From a bacterium (GTDB lineage Bacteria > UBA8248), in NCBI GenBank assembly GCA_965199855.1, contig OZ241326.1, positions 1,408,001 through 1,472,000 on the forward strand: a stretch of 64,000 bases of DNA, read 5' to 3'. The number at the start of each line of letters is the position of its first letter. The stretch's first letter is position 1. Under the pieces are notes generated by a model. It searched no databases. It saw nothing but the letters and a program-made list of their open reading frames with translations, and was not told the origin of the DNA. A program made the translations under genes and the position numbers. Below are positions 49,488 to 59,317 of this stretch, piece after piece.

Positions 49488-50828
49488 ATGTCCACGGTGA
49501 TTGATTTTCTGCGATCGAGAAGAGAGCGGAGCCTGGCGGAACTCGTCGAATATCTGCGAAAACCCGCCATCAGCACGCTGGGCGTCGGCGTCGAGGCGTC
49601 GGCGGAGCATCTGGCGGGTCTGATGAGGGACGCCGGGATCGAGGCGCGGATTCTGCCGACCGGGGGCATCCCCCTCGTATATGGAGAAATGAGGGGGCCT
49701 GCGGACGCTCCGACCATGCTGATTTACGGCCACTACGACGTTCAGCCGGCCGATATGGCCGAGGGCTGGAGCTCCGAGCCGTTCGAGCCTGAAGCGCGCG
49801 AGGGCCGTCTTTACGCGCGCGGGGCGGGGGACAACAGGGGCCAGCACTTCGCCCGGATCAAGGCGGCGGAAGCCTACCACCGGACGAACACGACCCTGCC
49901 CGTCAGCCTCAAATTCCTGATAGAGGGCGAGGAGGAAATGGGGTCTCCTCACTTGAGAGAATTTATCCGGGGCAACAAGGAGCTGCTGAAGGCGGATATC
50001 GCCTGCTCGTCGGACGGCTCCCTGCATCCGTCGGGAAGGCCGACGATCGCGCTGGGCTGCAGGGGTTTGCTCTATATCGAGCTCGCGGCGCGCGGAGCCG
50101 GCAAGGATCTCCACTCCGGGACGTATGGCGGGCCTGTCCCGAACCCGTTTTGGCGGCTGATGGAGGCGGTGCAGCGTCTGCGCGACGGCGAGGGGAAGGT
50201 GCGCGTGCCCGGATTTTACGACGCCGCGCTTCCGGTCGGCGACGCGGATCGGGAAGCGCTGGCGGGAATCCCCGACCCGGAGGCGGAACTTCGCGCCGTT
50301 CTGGGAGACGGGGCGGAGCGGATTCCGGATATGTCCGCCTTCTACGCCAAATCCCTCACGCAGCCGAACCTGAACGTTTGCGGCTTTCAGGGGGGATATT
50401 CCGGGGATGGGATGAAGACGGTCATCCCGGGCTCCGCGCGCGCCAAGCTGGATTTTCGCCTGGTGGTGGAGCAGGACCCCGACGCGCTTTTCGATGACGT
50501 TTGTTCGTTCCTGAAGACGGAGGGCTTTGCGGACGTCGAAGTTCGGAAGATGGCCGCGTTCGACGCCAGCAAGACGCCGGCGGATGATCCCTGGGTGCGG
50601 AAGGTGAGCCGGGCCGTCGCCGGCTGCGGCGTCGAGCCCGTCATCTACCCGAACTTCGGCGGCAGCGTTCCCGACAGCCTGTTCACGAGAGATTTGGGGC
50701 TTCCGTCCGTCTGGCTTCCCCTCGCCAATGCGGATTCCGGCGCGCACGCTCCGGATGAGAACATCGACGTGGAGATTTTTCATCGCGGGTGCGAGATTGC
50801 GGCCGCGCTCATGGAGGGGCTCGCTTGA
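49488..50828 (+). CDS. M20/M25/M40 family dipeptidase
   Basis: YGHYDVQP, ARGAGDNRG, EGEEEMGS, DLHSG, HAPDEN. Confidence 0.9.
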   Translation: MSTVIDFLRSRRERSLAELVEYLRKPAISTLGVGVEASAEHLAGLMRDAGIEARILPTGGIPLVYGEMRGPADAPTMLIYGHYDVQPADMAEGWSSEPFEPEAREGRLYARGAGDNRGQHFARIKAAEAYHRTNTTLPVSLKFLIEGEEEMGSPHLREFIRGNKELLKADIACSSDGSLHPSGRPTIALGCRGLLYIELAARGAGKDLHSGTYGGPVPNPFWRLMEAVQRLRDGEGKVRVPGFYDAALPVGDADREALAGIPDPEAELRAVLGDGAERIPDMSAFYAKSLTQPNLNVCGFQGGYSGDGMKTVIPGSARAKLDFRLVVEQDPDALFDDVCSFLKTEGFADVEVRKMAAFDASKTPADDPWVRKVSRAVAGCGVEPVIYPNFGGSVPDSLFTRDLGLPSVWLPLANADSGAHAPDENIDVEIFHRGCEIAAALMEGLA

Positions 50829-51087
50829 AGCGTCCGCTCCGGACGATAGGCCACGGCGGCCATGACGCGGAGAAGCTCCTGTGCCTGCCGGGCCGTCGCC
50901 TCGTTGCGCGCGCGGCGTTCCCTGCAGTGGGAGGCATCCGCGCCATGAAGCGCCTGAAAACGCGGGCGGAGGAAGGGCCTGCCGCGGTTTTCGGTAGCCG
51001 GATTCGTTCCGTCGCGCGCCGTCCCGCGGCGCATAGGCGGGCGTTTTTTCATGGCGGGCGCTTCCTGCCCGCTCTCTTGAGGGATTC

Positions 51088-53160
51088 ATGAATCGGCCGC
51101 GGCGGAAGAACCGTCTCGCGCAAGAGACGAGTCCATACCTTCTCCAGCACCAGAGCAATCCGGTGGATTGGCATCCCTGGGGGGAGGACGCGCTCCGCAA
51201 ATCCAGAGAGGAAAACAAGCCCATTTTCCTCTCCGTCGGCTACTCGGCGTGCCATTGGTGCCACGTGATGGAGCACGAGAGCTTCGAGAACGAGGAAATC
51301 GCCGGAATCCTGAACGAGCATTTCGTCTCCATCAAGGTGGATCGGGAGGAGCGTCCGGATATCGACGGCATCTACATGGAGGCGGTTCAGATGATGACGG
51401 GGCAGGGCGGCTGGCCCATGAGCGTCTTTCTGTTGCCGGATTTGAGGCCCTTCTTCGGGGGCACGTATTTCCCGCCCGACGACAAGTGGGGCAGGCCCGG
51501 CTTCAGGAACGTGCTCCTGAAGCTGGCCGAGGTCTATCGGACGAGACAGGAGGATTTGCGGGACAACGCGGAGAACATCACGGCGAACTTGCGGCGGATG
51601 GGGGCCGTTGCGCCCGCGTCGGGCGATTTGAAGGCGGACTGGCTGGAGCAGGCCGCGCGGGAGTTGAGGGAGCGATTTGATTCCTCCTGGGGCGGCTTCG
51701 GGCGCGCGCCGAAATTTCCGCCCTCCATGGCGCTGATGCTGCTTTTGAGAAAGTGGAGGCGAGGCCGGGATCAGGAATCGATGAAGATGGTCGAGGTGAC
51801 GCTTCAACGGATGGCGCTGGGCGGAATGTATGATCAACTGGGCGGCGGGTTTCACCGATACAGCGTGGATAACTACTGGCTTATCCCGCACTTCGAGAAG
51901 ATGCTTTATGACAACGCGCTGTTGTCGCGGGTCTATATCGAAGCCTTCCAGGCGACGGGAAGCTCGTTTTACCGCTCCGTGGCCGCCGATACCCTTGATT
52001 ACGTCCTGCGCGAGATGACGAGCCCCGGCGGCGGATTCTACGCGGCGCAGGACGCGGACAGCGAGGGAGAGGAGGGCAGATACTTCGTATGGCGGCCGGA
52101 GCAGATAGAGGAGATTCTCGGCAAGGACGAGGCGGACGTATTCTGCCGGTTCTACGGCGTGACGGAGGAGGGGAATTTCGAGGGGAAAGCCTCCGCCTTG
52201 TTCATTCAGAGGCCGCCCCGCGTTTTCGCCGAGGAGGAAGTAATCGAGGAAAGGGAGCTCCTGGGCATCCTGCAGAGGGGGCGCGCGAAACTCTTCGACG
52301 CGCGGGAGCGGCGCGTGAAGCCCGGCCTGGACGACAAGATTCTCACGAGCTGGAACGGACTCATGATCGGCTCGATGGCCCTGGCGGGCCGGGTTCTCGA
52401 ACATTCTCCCTACGTCGAGGAGGCGCGCAAGGCGGCGAATTTCATTCTCGGCAACGTGCGCGATGAGCGGGGCCTGCTGAGGAGCCATCGGCAGGGCGTG
52501 AGCAAATTCAACGGATATCTGGACGATTACGCCTTTTTGATAGCGGGCCTGGTGGATTTATACGAGGCGACCTTCGAACCCGGCTGGATTCGCGCGGCCT
52601 CGGGCCTGGCGCGGGAGATGATAGCGCGGTATTGGGATGAGGAGGGAGGCGCGTTCTTCTTTACCGCTCATGATCACGAGCGGCTCATCGTCAGGAAGAA
52701 GATGACGCAGGACGGCGCCGTCCCGAGCGGGAATTCCATGGCGGCGCTCGGCTTGCTGAAACTGGCTCGCCTGTCGGGGGAGGCGGAGTTCGCTGAGCGC
52801 GGCGAGGGCGTTTTGCGCTCGTTCGGCGAGTATCTGGGCCGCGCGCCGGCCGCCTTTCACATGATGCTTGTGGCGCTCGACTTCCATCTCGCTGCGCCCA
52901 TGGAGGTGGCGATTGTCGGCGATCGGGGCGCGGAGGACACGCGCGCGGTGCTCCGGGCCGTCGCCTCCAGCTTCCTTCCCAACGCGGTTCTGGCCCTGAA
53001 GCCGGAATCGGCGGCCGGGGAGGCGGACGCCGCGGTGCCCCTGTTGCGCGGCAAATCCATGGTGGGCGGCCGGGCCGCCGCGTATCTATGCGAGAATTTC
53101 GCGTGCAAGGAGCCGCTCACGGACATGAGCGCGCTTGCGGAGGCGCTCCGGGGAAGCTGA
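51088..53160 (+). CDS. YyaL/SSP411-type thioredoxin-domain protein (DUF255)
   Basis: [47 protein letters not shown]. Confidence 0.93.
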   Translation: MNRPRRKNRLAQETSPYLLQHQSNPVDWHPWGEDALRKSREENKPIFLSVGYSACHWCHVMEHESFENEEIAGILNEHFVSIKVDREERPDIDGIYMEAVQMMTGQGGWPMSVFLLPDLRPFFGGTYFPPDDKWGRPGFRNVLLKLAEVYRTRQEDLRDNAENITANLRRMGAVAPASGDLKADWLEQAARELRERFDSSWGGFGRAPKFPPSMALMLLLRKWRRGRDQESMKMVEVTLQRMALGGMYDQLGGGFHRYSVDNYWLIPHFEKMLYDNALLSRVYIEAFQATGSSFYRSVAADTLDYVLREMTSPGGGFYAAQDADSEGEEGRYFVWRPEQIEEILGKDEADVFCRFYGVTEEGNFEGKASALFIQRPPRVFAEEEVIEERELLGILQRGRAKLFDARERRVKPGLDDKILTSWNGLMIGSMALAGRVLEHSPYVEEARKAANFILGNVRDERGLLRSHRQGVSKFNGYLDDYAFLIAGLVDLYEATFEPGWIRAASGLAREMIARYWDEEGGAFFFTAHDHERLIVRKKMTQDGAVPSGNSMAALGLLKLARLSGEAEFAERGEGVLRSFGEYLGRAPAAFHMMLVALDFHLAAPMEVAIVGDRGAEDTRAVLRAVASSFLPNAVLALKPESAAGEADAAVPLLRGKSMVGGRAAAYLCENFACKEPLTDMSALAEALRGS

Positions 53161-53165
53161 GCCGC

Positions 53166-53819
53166 TCACTTCGTCCGCACGACGAACGCCCCGTATCCGT
53201 TGCGCCGCAGCTCTTTCGCCAGCCTCCTGGCTTCTCCCTCCTCGCCCATGTCTCTGATCTGCACGTGGTAGTGCGCGTGGTTTCCGTGCCAGCCGGTCCG
53301 GATGCGCGCGGCCGCTCCGTTGCGGTCGAAGTAGTCGGCGAACTCCTGCGCCTCTGTTTTTCGCGTGAAGCCGCCCGCCAGGATCATCCACTTCGGGTCG
53401 GGCGCCCGGGGAACGCGGAGCGGTTCGAGCGAGACGCGCGCCGTGCCGCTGCGCAGGATGCCGATTCTCCGGGCGGCCTCTCTCGAGAGATCGATGACGC
53501 GGTTCGAGACGAAGGGGCCGCGATCGTTGATTCGCACCTCGACCTCCCGCCCGTCGTCGCTTCTGCGCACCCGCACCATGGACTGAAAGGGCAGCGTGCG
53601 GTGCGCGGCCGTGAGCGCATGCATATCGTAGATTTCGCCGTTCGCCGTTTTGCGTCCGTGGTAGGGGTTTCCATACCAGGAGGCGACGCCGCGCAGGTCC
53701 TCATGCGGAAGATGGCGTCCCATCGGCGCGGGCTGGAAGGCGCAGCCGCCCGAAAGAGCGAGCCAGGCGAGAAGAGCGAGGGCTTTCGATGCCGGGAAGC
53801 GGGCGTTTCTCGTATTCAT
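53166..53819 (-). CDS. rlpA: Septal ring lytic transglycosylase RlpA with SPOR domain
   Basis: Lipobox LSGGC; ASWYG, TANGEIYD, TAAHRTLP, RINDRGPF, IDLS. Confidence 0.92.
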   Translation of the reverse strand: MNTRNARFPASKALALLAWLALSGGCAFQPAPMGRHLPHEDLRGVASWYGNPYHGRKTANGEIYDMHALTAAHRTLPFQSMVRVRRSDDGREVEVRINDRGPFVSNRVIDLSREAARRIGILRSGTARVSLEPLRVPRAPDPKWMILAGGFTRKTEAQEFADYFDRNGAAARIRTGWHGNHAHYHVQIRDMGEEGEARRLAKELRRNGYGAFVVRTK

Positions 53820-53974
53820 TCAGGATATATCCGGGGCGGAGCCTCTGAATCCGGCAAGCATTATACCATCTCCCTCCGGCGGCGCCAGGCGGAGCAAGCC
53901 GCGCGCCTCCGGGGTTTTTCGCCGGCCTCTTGACGCCCCGAAAACGGAGATTTCTCCTGAAAATCGCACGATGC

Positions 53975-54203
53975 GCGCGTTTGCGCGCACCTGCCCGCAT
54001 TTTCGGTCGCGCCGGAGCGTCCCGGGCGGGTTATATTCCGGGTGCGGGAAGGACGCGCGCCCGGACGGAGGGAACCAGAACGAATCGGGGGGCTGGAAAG
54101 TGATCGTCAAAATGATCGTCAAAATGGTCGGAAAATGGTCGTCAAAAGGGCTGGAAATGGTCGGGAATTTGTCGATATTGGCCGTGAATTTGCGGAAATT
54201 CGC
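53975..54203 (-). repeat. Dispersed intergenic element, copy B, with a tandem 11-12-nt array at 54101-54170
   Basis: Reverse complement shares the exact 13-mer CAAATTCACGGCC, plus CCGGAATATAACCCG and AAATGCGGGCAGG, with copy A in the same order. Confidence 0.7.
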
Positions 54204-54249
54204 CCGATTGGCCCGGCGTCCGCAGGAAGCGGCAAGCCGCGGCTTCGGG

Positions 54250-54891
54250 CTAGCCCCGGTATTTCGCAAAAGTCTCGCCGATGCTCGCGCCTTTTTCGAG
54301 TTCCGAGGTGATTTTCTCTTCGATTTCGGCCAGTTCATCCATTTTTTCGATGACTTCCCCGAGTCGTTCCCTGGGAATTACGACCACGCCGTTGACGTCT
54401 CCCAGAATGAAGTCGCCCTGCCGCACCGCGGCGCCTCCGCAGTTGATGGGCTCTCCCACGCTGCCGGGAACCGTGTATCCGCCGCTGCCGTGAACCGATA
54501 CGCCCCTGGCGAACACGGGGAAGCCCATGCGCCGGTGCTCCTCGATGTCTCTGGCTCTCCCGTCCAGCGCGACGCCGCCCAGCTTCATCGCCCGCGCCCG
54601 CGCGCTCATCATGCCGCCCCAGTTGGCCGTCGTCGCGCCGGAGGGGACGCTGATGACGACGACGCTCCCCTCGGCGGCCGCGTCGATGTGGTGCGTCCCG
54701 CGCCTGGGCAGGGGGCCGCCGCCGGCGGGAATCATCTGAACCGTATGGGCCTCTCCAGCCATCCGGCAATCGTCATCCGGCGACAGCAGGGCGATGTCGG
54801 GCATGTGCCCCCGGATGTTCAGCTTGTCGAAAGCGTCCGCCGCCTGGCAGGTGGAATAGCGCTTCAGGCGCTTCGTCAAATCGTTGCTCAC
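54250..54891 (-). CDS. RraA/HMG aldolase family protein
   Basis: ANWGGMMS, DGRARDIEE, GDFILGDVNGVVVIP. Confidence 0.88.
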   Translation of the reverse strand: MSNDLTKRLKRYSTCQAADAFDKLNIRGHMPDIALLSPDDDCRMAGEAHTVQMIPAGGGPLPRRGTHHIDAAAEGSVVVISVPSGATTANWGGMMSARARAMKLGGVALDGRARDIEEHRRMGFPVFARGVSVHGSGGYTVPGSVGEPINCGGAAVRQGDFILGDVNGVVVIPRERLGEVIEKMDELAEIEEKITSELEKGASIGETFAKYRG

Positions 54892-54969
54892 GGGTTTCTC
54901 CTGAATCCTCGCGCGAAGAGCCCCCGGCGGGAGGCGCGCATGAGGCGATTGCGGGAAGGCCGCGGGCGC

Positions 54970-55726
54970 CTATGCGCGAAATTCCAAAAAGCGCGCGCCC
55001 TCCGGGTCGAGTTCCTCCAGAGCCTTCAAGCTCGTCCGCGCTCGGCGGAGGGGTTTGCGCCACGACGCCCGGGCGATGCAGGTCGAAGCCTGTTTTCTCG
55101 ATCACCTCGTCCATCGAATGGCCGGCGTGAACGCTGGCGACTTCAAGCCCCGTCGGTTTTTTCTCGAACACGGCGATGGGCGTCACCACGTGGCTCAGGC
55201 TCCCGGATTGCGTCGAAAAATCGACTTTGGGCACGAGAAATCGCCTGTCGTGCGTCGTTCGCGCGATGATGGTTCGCTTTACTCGCGGCATGATGACGGC
55301 GCCTCCCCCTCCGCCGGGAAGCCTCACCTTCGGCCGGAGCGGGTCGCCGATGTAGCTCATGTTGGCCCGTCCCTGCTTGTCGAGCTGGGCCGCGCCCAGA
55401 AAGGCCGCGTCCGCCTCGCCGCGCGCGAAAAGATCGTAGATGTCCGGGTTCGAGAACAGCGCGGCGGCGCCATGGCAGAGCTCGGAGTCCACCGTGCTGG
55501 CCGGCATGAAGCGGGGCTTCGGGTCCACGGAGCCCGCGACTTCCATGAGCGCGCAGTTGGGCGCGTGAAGCTTCTTCGCCAGGAAAATCGCGACCATGGG
55601 GAGCGCGCAGTTGGCCCCGTGGAACACCTTTTCGCCGTCTTCGATGAGGCGAGCCAGCGTGACGGCCATCTGGTTGCCGGCGCGAACCACGCGCTCGGGC
55701 GGCGATGCGCGGCGGGCGCCCATCAT
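54970..55726 (-). CDS. Family I CoA-transferase beta subunit (GctB-like), with a 1-nt insertion near 55028
   Basis: HAPNCALMEV, FLGAAQLDKQGRAN, RLPGGGG, TGFDL; natural C-terminus KALEELDPEGARFLEFRA* lies in the shifted frame. Confidence 0.82.
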
Positions 55727-56550
55727 CCCCGGGCCGCGCCCCGCGCGGGCGCTTTCCCGGCGCTCGCGAGATATTCCCGAAGCCCGCTCTCGCTCCGCGT
55801 CAAAGCCATGTAGCGGCGCATCTCCTCTTTGTCCACCCCGTAGTATGGGTGGCAGCTGCAGGGAGACGCGCCGCCCGGCGCTTCGACGACCGCCTTGACG
55901 AGAAAGCCGGGGATGCTCGTTCTCTCGGGTTCCGACGCGATTTCCCCGGGCGCGGCGATTCGCTCCGCCGTGAGAATCACCCCTTTTCGCGCCGCGCGCG
56001 TCATCTCGACGTCATAATGCCTGTTTCCCAGAATCCGGGCGTTGCCCTGCGCGTCCGACATCTGGACGTGGATCAGCGCCCAGTCCGGCTTCAGGGCGGG
56101 GATCGCGTGGAGCTCCTCGTTCGTGTAGGGGTCCCGGATCGTGAAGATGCCGCTTTGCTCCGGAATGTCGCTCCCCTCGAAGCCGCGGATGGGCTGGAAG
56201 GGAACGCCGTAGGCTGCGGCCCGCAGCCCGGCGAGAACGCTGGCTCAGGCGTGCTCGGTGAGGCCGGTCATCCCTTTCTCTATCGCCTTGCGATAGTTGG
56301 GCGCCAGCCCGAATTCCGCCTCGAAGGTGACGATGCCGCTGACGACCCTCCCGAGCGCGCCCGCGGCGCAAAGAAGGTCGGCGTCGTAGCCCGGCGAGGG
56401 CTTGATGAGCGTCAGGCGCCGAAGCCCCGCGCGCGCGATTTCCCGCGCGAGCGCGGCGGGCGTTCTGTGCAGAAGGGTGCCGCCGACGCTGATGGCGTCT
56501 CCGTCCTCGATGAGGGAGACGGCCTGCCGCAGGGAGGTTTGCTTGTTCAC
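55723..56550 (-). CDS. Family I CoA-transferase alpha subunit (GctA-like), putative selenoprotein (UGA at 56245-56247)
   Basis: One frame: VNKQTSL...IEDGDAISVGG...EHA-U-ASVLAGLRAAAYGVPFQPIRG...IPALKPDWALIHVQMSDAQGNA...PGGASPCSC; AGGAG RBS. Confidence 0.82.
56205..56233 (-). promoter_or_regulatory. Putative bacterial SECIS element
   Basis: 11 nt after the UGA: CGCCG-GGCTGCG-ggc-CGCAGCC-ta-CGGCG bulged hairpin with G-first apical loop. Confidence 0.65.
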
Positions 56551-56778
56551 GGTCGCTCCTCGTCCGGTCGTTCGAGGCTCATGCGGCGCGTTGAAAAATC
56601 CACGATGCCGCAGTCTAGCACAAGAAGGCGCTTCGCGCCTCCCGTCTTTCACGTTCGCCGCCGGGCGGCTTCGCGGGGTTCATTGACCGCGAACGTCGGG
56701 ATGGCGTAAATATCGCTGAAGCGAAGAGTTTTTATGGGCGGCATGTCCATCCGCGTGAATCCATCGAAAGGGCGTGAA

Positions 56779-57291
56779 ATGGCGCGAATTTCCCAGGTTG
56801 AGCCGGAACGGGCCGAAGCGGCCGCGAAGCGCATCATGGAGAATCTGCAAAAGCAGTTCGGCGTGGTCATTCCCCCGGTGAAGGCGCTGGCCCACAAGCC
56901 GGATTTTTTGCGCTCCCTGCTGAGCCTGACCACGGTGGCGGACGGCCCGGGGGAAATCTCCGTCGGCTTCAAGGAAGTCCTGAACATTCGCGCGTCGGTG
57001 CTCAACGGGTGTCATTTCTGCGTGAACATGCACTCGAACATGGCGAGAATGCGCGAGGTGGACGACGAGAGGACGAAAGCGGCGCGGGAGGGCTCCGCCA
57101 GCGATCTCTTCGATGAGAAGGAAAAGGCGGCACTTCGCCTTTGCGAGGAAAGCACGCGGGGGGTGCGCGTTTCGGACGAGACGTTCGAGGCGCTGAAGGC
57201 GCACTATTCGGAAGCGCAGATTGTGGAGCTTCTCGGCGCCGTCGCGCTCATCAACGCCTGGAATCGCCTCATCGTGGGAATGGGCTTTTAG
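56779..57291 (+). CDS. AhpD/CMD family protein (CxxC)
   Basis: KEVLNIRASVLNGCHFCVNMH, LFDEKEKAAL, INAWNR. Confidence 0.88.
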   Translation: MARISQVEPERAEAAAKRIMENLQKQFGVVIPPVKALAHKPDFLRSLLSLTTVADGPGEISVGFKEVLNIRASVLNGCHFCVNMHSNMARMREVDDERTKAAREGSASDLFDEKEKAALRLCEESTRGVRVSDETFEALKAHYSEAQIVELLGAVALINAWNRLIVGMGF

Positions 57292-57324
57292 GCGGGCCCG
57301 TCCGCGCATGGCTTCGGGGGAGGC

Positions 57325-58503
57325 TTAGAGGCTCAGCGCCGCCCGGCTCACCGTGAGCTCCGTTTCTCCCAGAATCTCGGATGAGGTGAGTTTTCCGCTC
57401 ATCACGTCGATCAGTTCCTTTTCGAGCAAGTCCCGCGCCTCGCGGACGCGCATGGCGCCTTCCATGACGCCGCTGATGTCCACGTCGATGTTCTCGGCCA
57501 TCGTCCGGGCGGTTCGGGGGTTTCCGGTCACCTTGACGGTGGGAGAGATGGGGTGTCCGATGGGGTTTCCGATGCCCGTCGAGAAGAGGATCGCCTGCGC
57601 GCCGCTCGCCGCGAGGGAGGTGAGGTTCTCCACGCCGGCGCAGGGGGCGTCGGCGAAGATGACGCCTCGCTTCGAGGGGCGCTCGCCCACGCCGACGACC
57701 TCGACGATGGGGTGGCGGCCCGCCTTCTTGACGGCGCCCAGGCTTTTTTCCTCGATGGAGGAGAGCCCGCCCCGGATGTTGTCCGGCGCCGGATTCGAGC
57801 CGATGAAATCGACGCCGAGGCTTTCGGCGTAATCGACGGCGCGCTTCGCCGAGGCGACGATTCTGCGGGCCGTTTTTCTGTCCGCGGCCCTGCGCGCGAG
57901 AAGGTGCTCGGCGCCCACGATTTCCAGCGTCTCGGAAAAGATGACCGAGCCGCCCGCTTCCACGACCCTGTCGGCGACCATCCCCGTCACGGGATTCGAG
58001 ATGACGCCGCTGGTGGCGTCCGACCCTCCGCATTCGGCGCCGATGGTGAGTTCGCCCAGCTCGCAGCGAACGCGCCTGGCGGACGCGATGTGCCGCGATA
58101 GCCCGGCGGCGAGCTCGACGACGCGGGAGGCGGCGCCGAGCGTGCCCCCGGTTTGCTGGATGTTCACGGACTCGATCGGCATCCAGGGAGAGGCCCTCGC
58201 CGCCGCTTCGGCGATGGCGTCCGCGCTCCTGGGTTCGAGGCTGACGACGATGGCGGCCCCTACGTTCGGGTGGGCGGCGGTGTGCCCCATCACCCGCCAG
58301 TGCTGCGCCTCGTCCTCGCCCATCAGCGCGCGTCCGAACGACGTGTTGACGGGGGTGGCGCCGCGCGCCAGCGCGCCGATTCTGCGGACGATGGGGTTTG
58401 AATTGTCCATCCCGCTGACGATGGCGAGATGATTCCGGCCGCCCGGCGGGCCCTGGGGTCTCCTGTAGCCCCAGAAGACGGGCGTCCCCCTTTTCCCCGG
58501 CAC
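57325..58503 (-). CDS. UxaA-family dehydratase/lyase large subunit (altronate dehydratase or SuyB-like)
   Basis: FWGYRRP, GRNH, HPNVG, ECGGSDATSG, SLGAVKKAG, FSTGIG. Confidence 0.85.
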   Translation of the reverse strand: MPGKRGTPVFWGYRRPQGPPGGRNHLAIVSGMDNSNPIVRRIGALARGATPVNTSFGRALMGEDEAQHWRVMGHTAAHPNVGAAIVVSLEPRSADAIAEAAARASPWMPIESVNIQQTGGTLGAASRVVELAAGLSRHIASARRVRCELGELTIGAECGGSDATSGVISNPVTGMVADRVVEAGGSVIFSETLEIVGAEHLLARRAADRKTARRIVASAKRAVDYAESLGVDFIGSNPAPDNIRGGLSSIEEKSLGAVKKAGRHPIVEVVGVGERPSKRGVIFADAPCAGVENLTSLAASGAQAILFSTGIGNPIGHPISPTVKVTGNPRTARTMAENIDVDISGVMEGAMRVREARDLLEKELIDVMSGKLTSSEILGETELTVSRAALSL

Positions 58504-58505
58504 GC

Positions 58506-58799
58506 TCAGCCTCTGGCGCTCTTGATGTTGTGGACGTGAACATGGGCGCCTTTGGGGATGTTCCGCGTGGCGGAGCCGATGACCTCGCCGTATTTCCGCA
58601 CTTTCGCGTTGGCGGGTATTTTTTTCAGCGCGATCTTATGCCCGAAGGGAACGGCTTCCGCCGCCCGGATCGTCCAGGTTTCCTCGCCGCCTTCGATTTC
58701 CACGCCGCGCCCGGGCGCGACGTCCGCGAGCGCCGTGGCCACGTTGTCCTTCGGGTGCATCGCCAGCGCGCGGCTTACCGGGGCGGCCTCCTCGCTCAT
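58506..58799 (-). CDS. UxaA-family SAF-domain small subunit (SuyA-like)
   Basis: HPKDNVATAL, VPFGHKIAL, KYGEVIG, GAHVHVHNIKS. Confidence 0.88.
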   Translation of the reverse strand: MSEEAAPVSRALAMHPKDNVATALADVAPGRGVEIEGGEETWTIRAAEAVPFGHKIALKKIPANAKVRKYGEVIGSATRNIPKGAHVHVHNIKSARG

Positions 58800-59140
58800 T
58801 CCGCCCCGCCGCTCTCGACGTTTCCGGGCAGCCTGAGCCGCAGCCGCTCGACGGGGCGTCCGTTTTTCAGGTGCTCCTCCACGAGTTCGGGAACGTCCTC
58901 CACCTTGACGCCCGTGTACCAGACGCCCTCTGGATAGACGACCAGCGTCGGGCCCATCGTGCAGGGACCCAGGCAGGTGGCGCCCGCCATGGCGGTATCG
59001 GCCGAGAGGTCGCCGGAGCCGATCGCCTCCGTGATGGCCTGCGCGACTTCGATGCTGCCCTTGCTCTGGCAGCAGCCCATCGGGTGAGTCGGCGGACGCT
59101 GGTTGATGCAGACGAAAACGTGCCTTTTGATGTGTTCCAC
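58796..59140 (-). CDS. Thioredoxin-like [2Fe-2S] ferredoxin
   Basis: HVFVCINQR...CC, CLGPCTMGP, VYPEGVWY, EHLKNGRPVERL. Confidence 0.9.
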   Translation of the reverse strand: MEHIKRHVFVCINQRPPTHPMGCCQSKGSIEVAQAITEAIGSGDLSADTAMAGATCLGPCTMGPTLVVYPEGVWYTGVKVEDVPELVEEHLKNGRPVERLRLRLPGNVESGGAE

Positions 59141-59317
59141 GGCTCACCCTCTTTTCGGACGCGGGACGCTCTCTCACGGGGTTTTCGCGGGCAAGGCGCG
59201 CCCGCCTGCCCGACGCCGCCTCTCGATGACTTTGACGAAGGGGGATGATACGCTCCACCCGCCGGAAGTCAAGCGATTCGCCTCCTCCTCGCCGGTTCGG
59301 GAAAAATTCAGGGCGAT

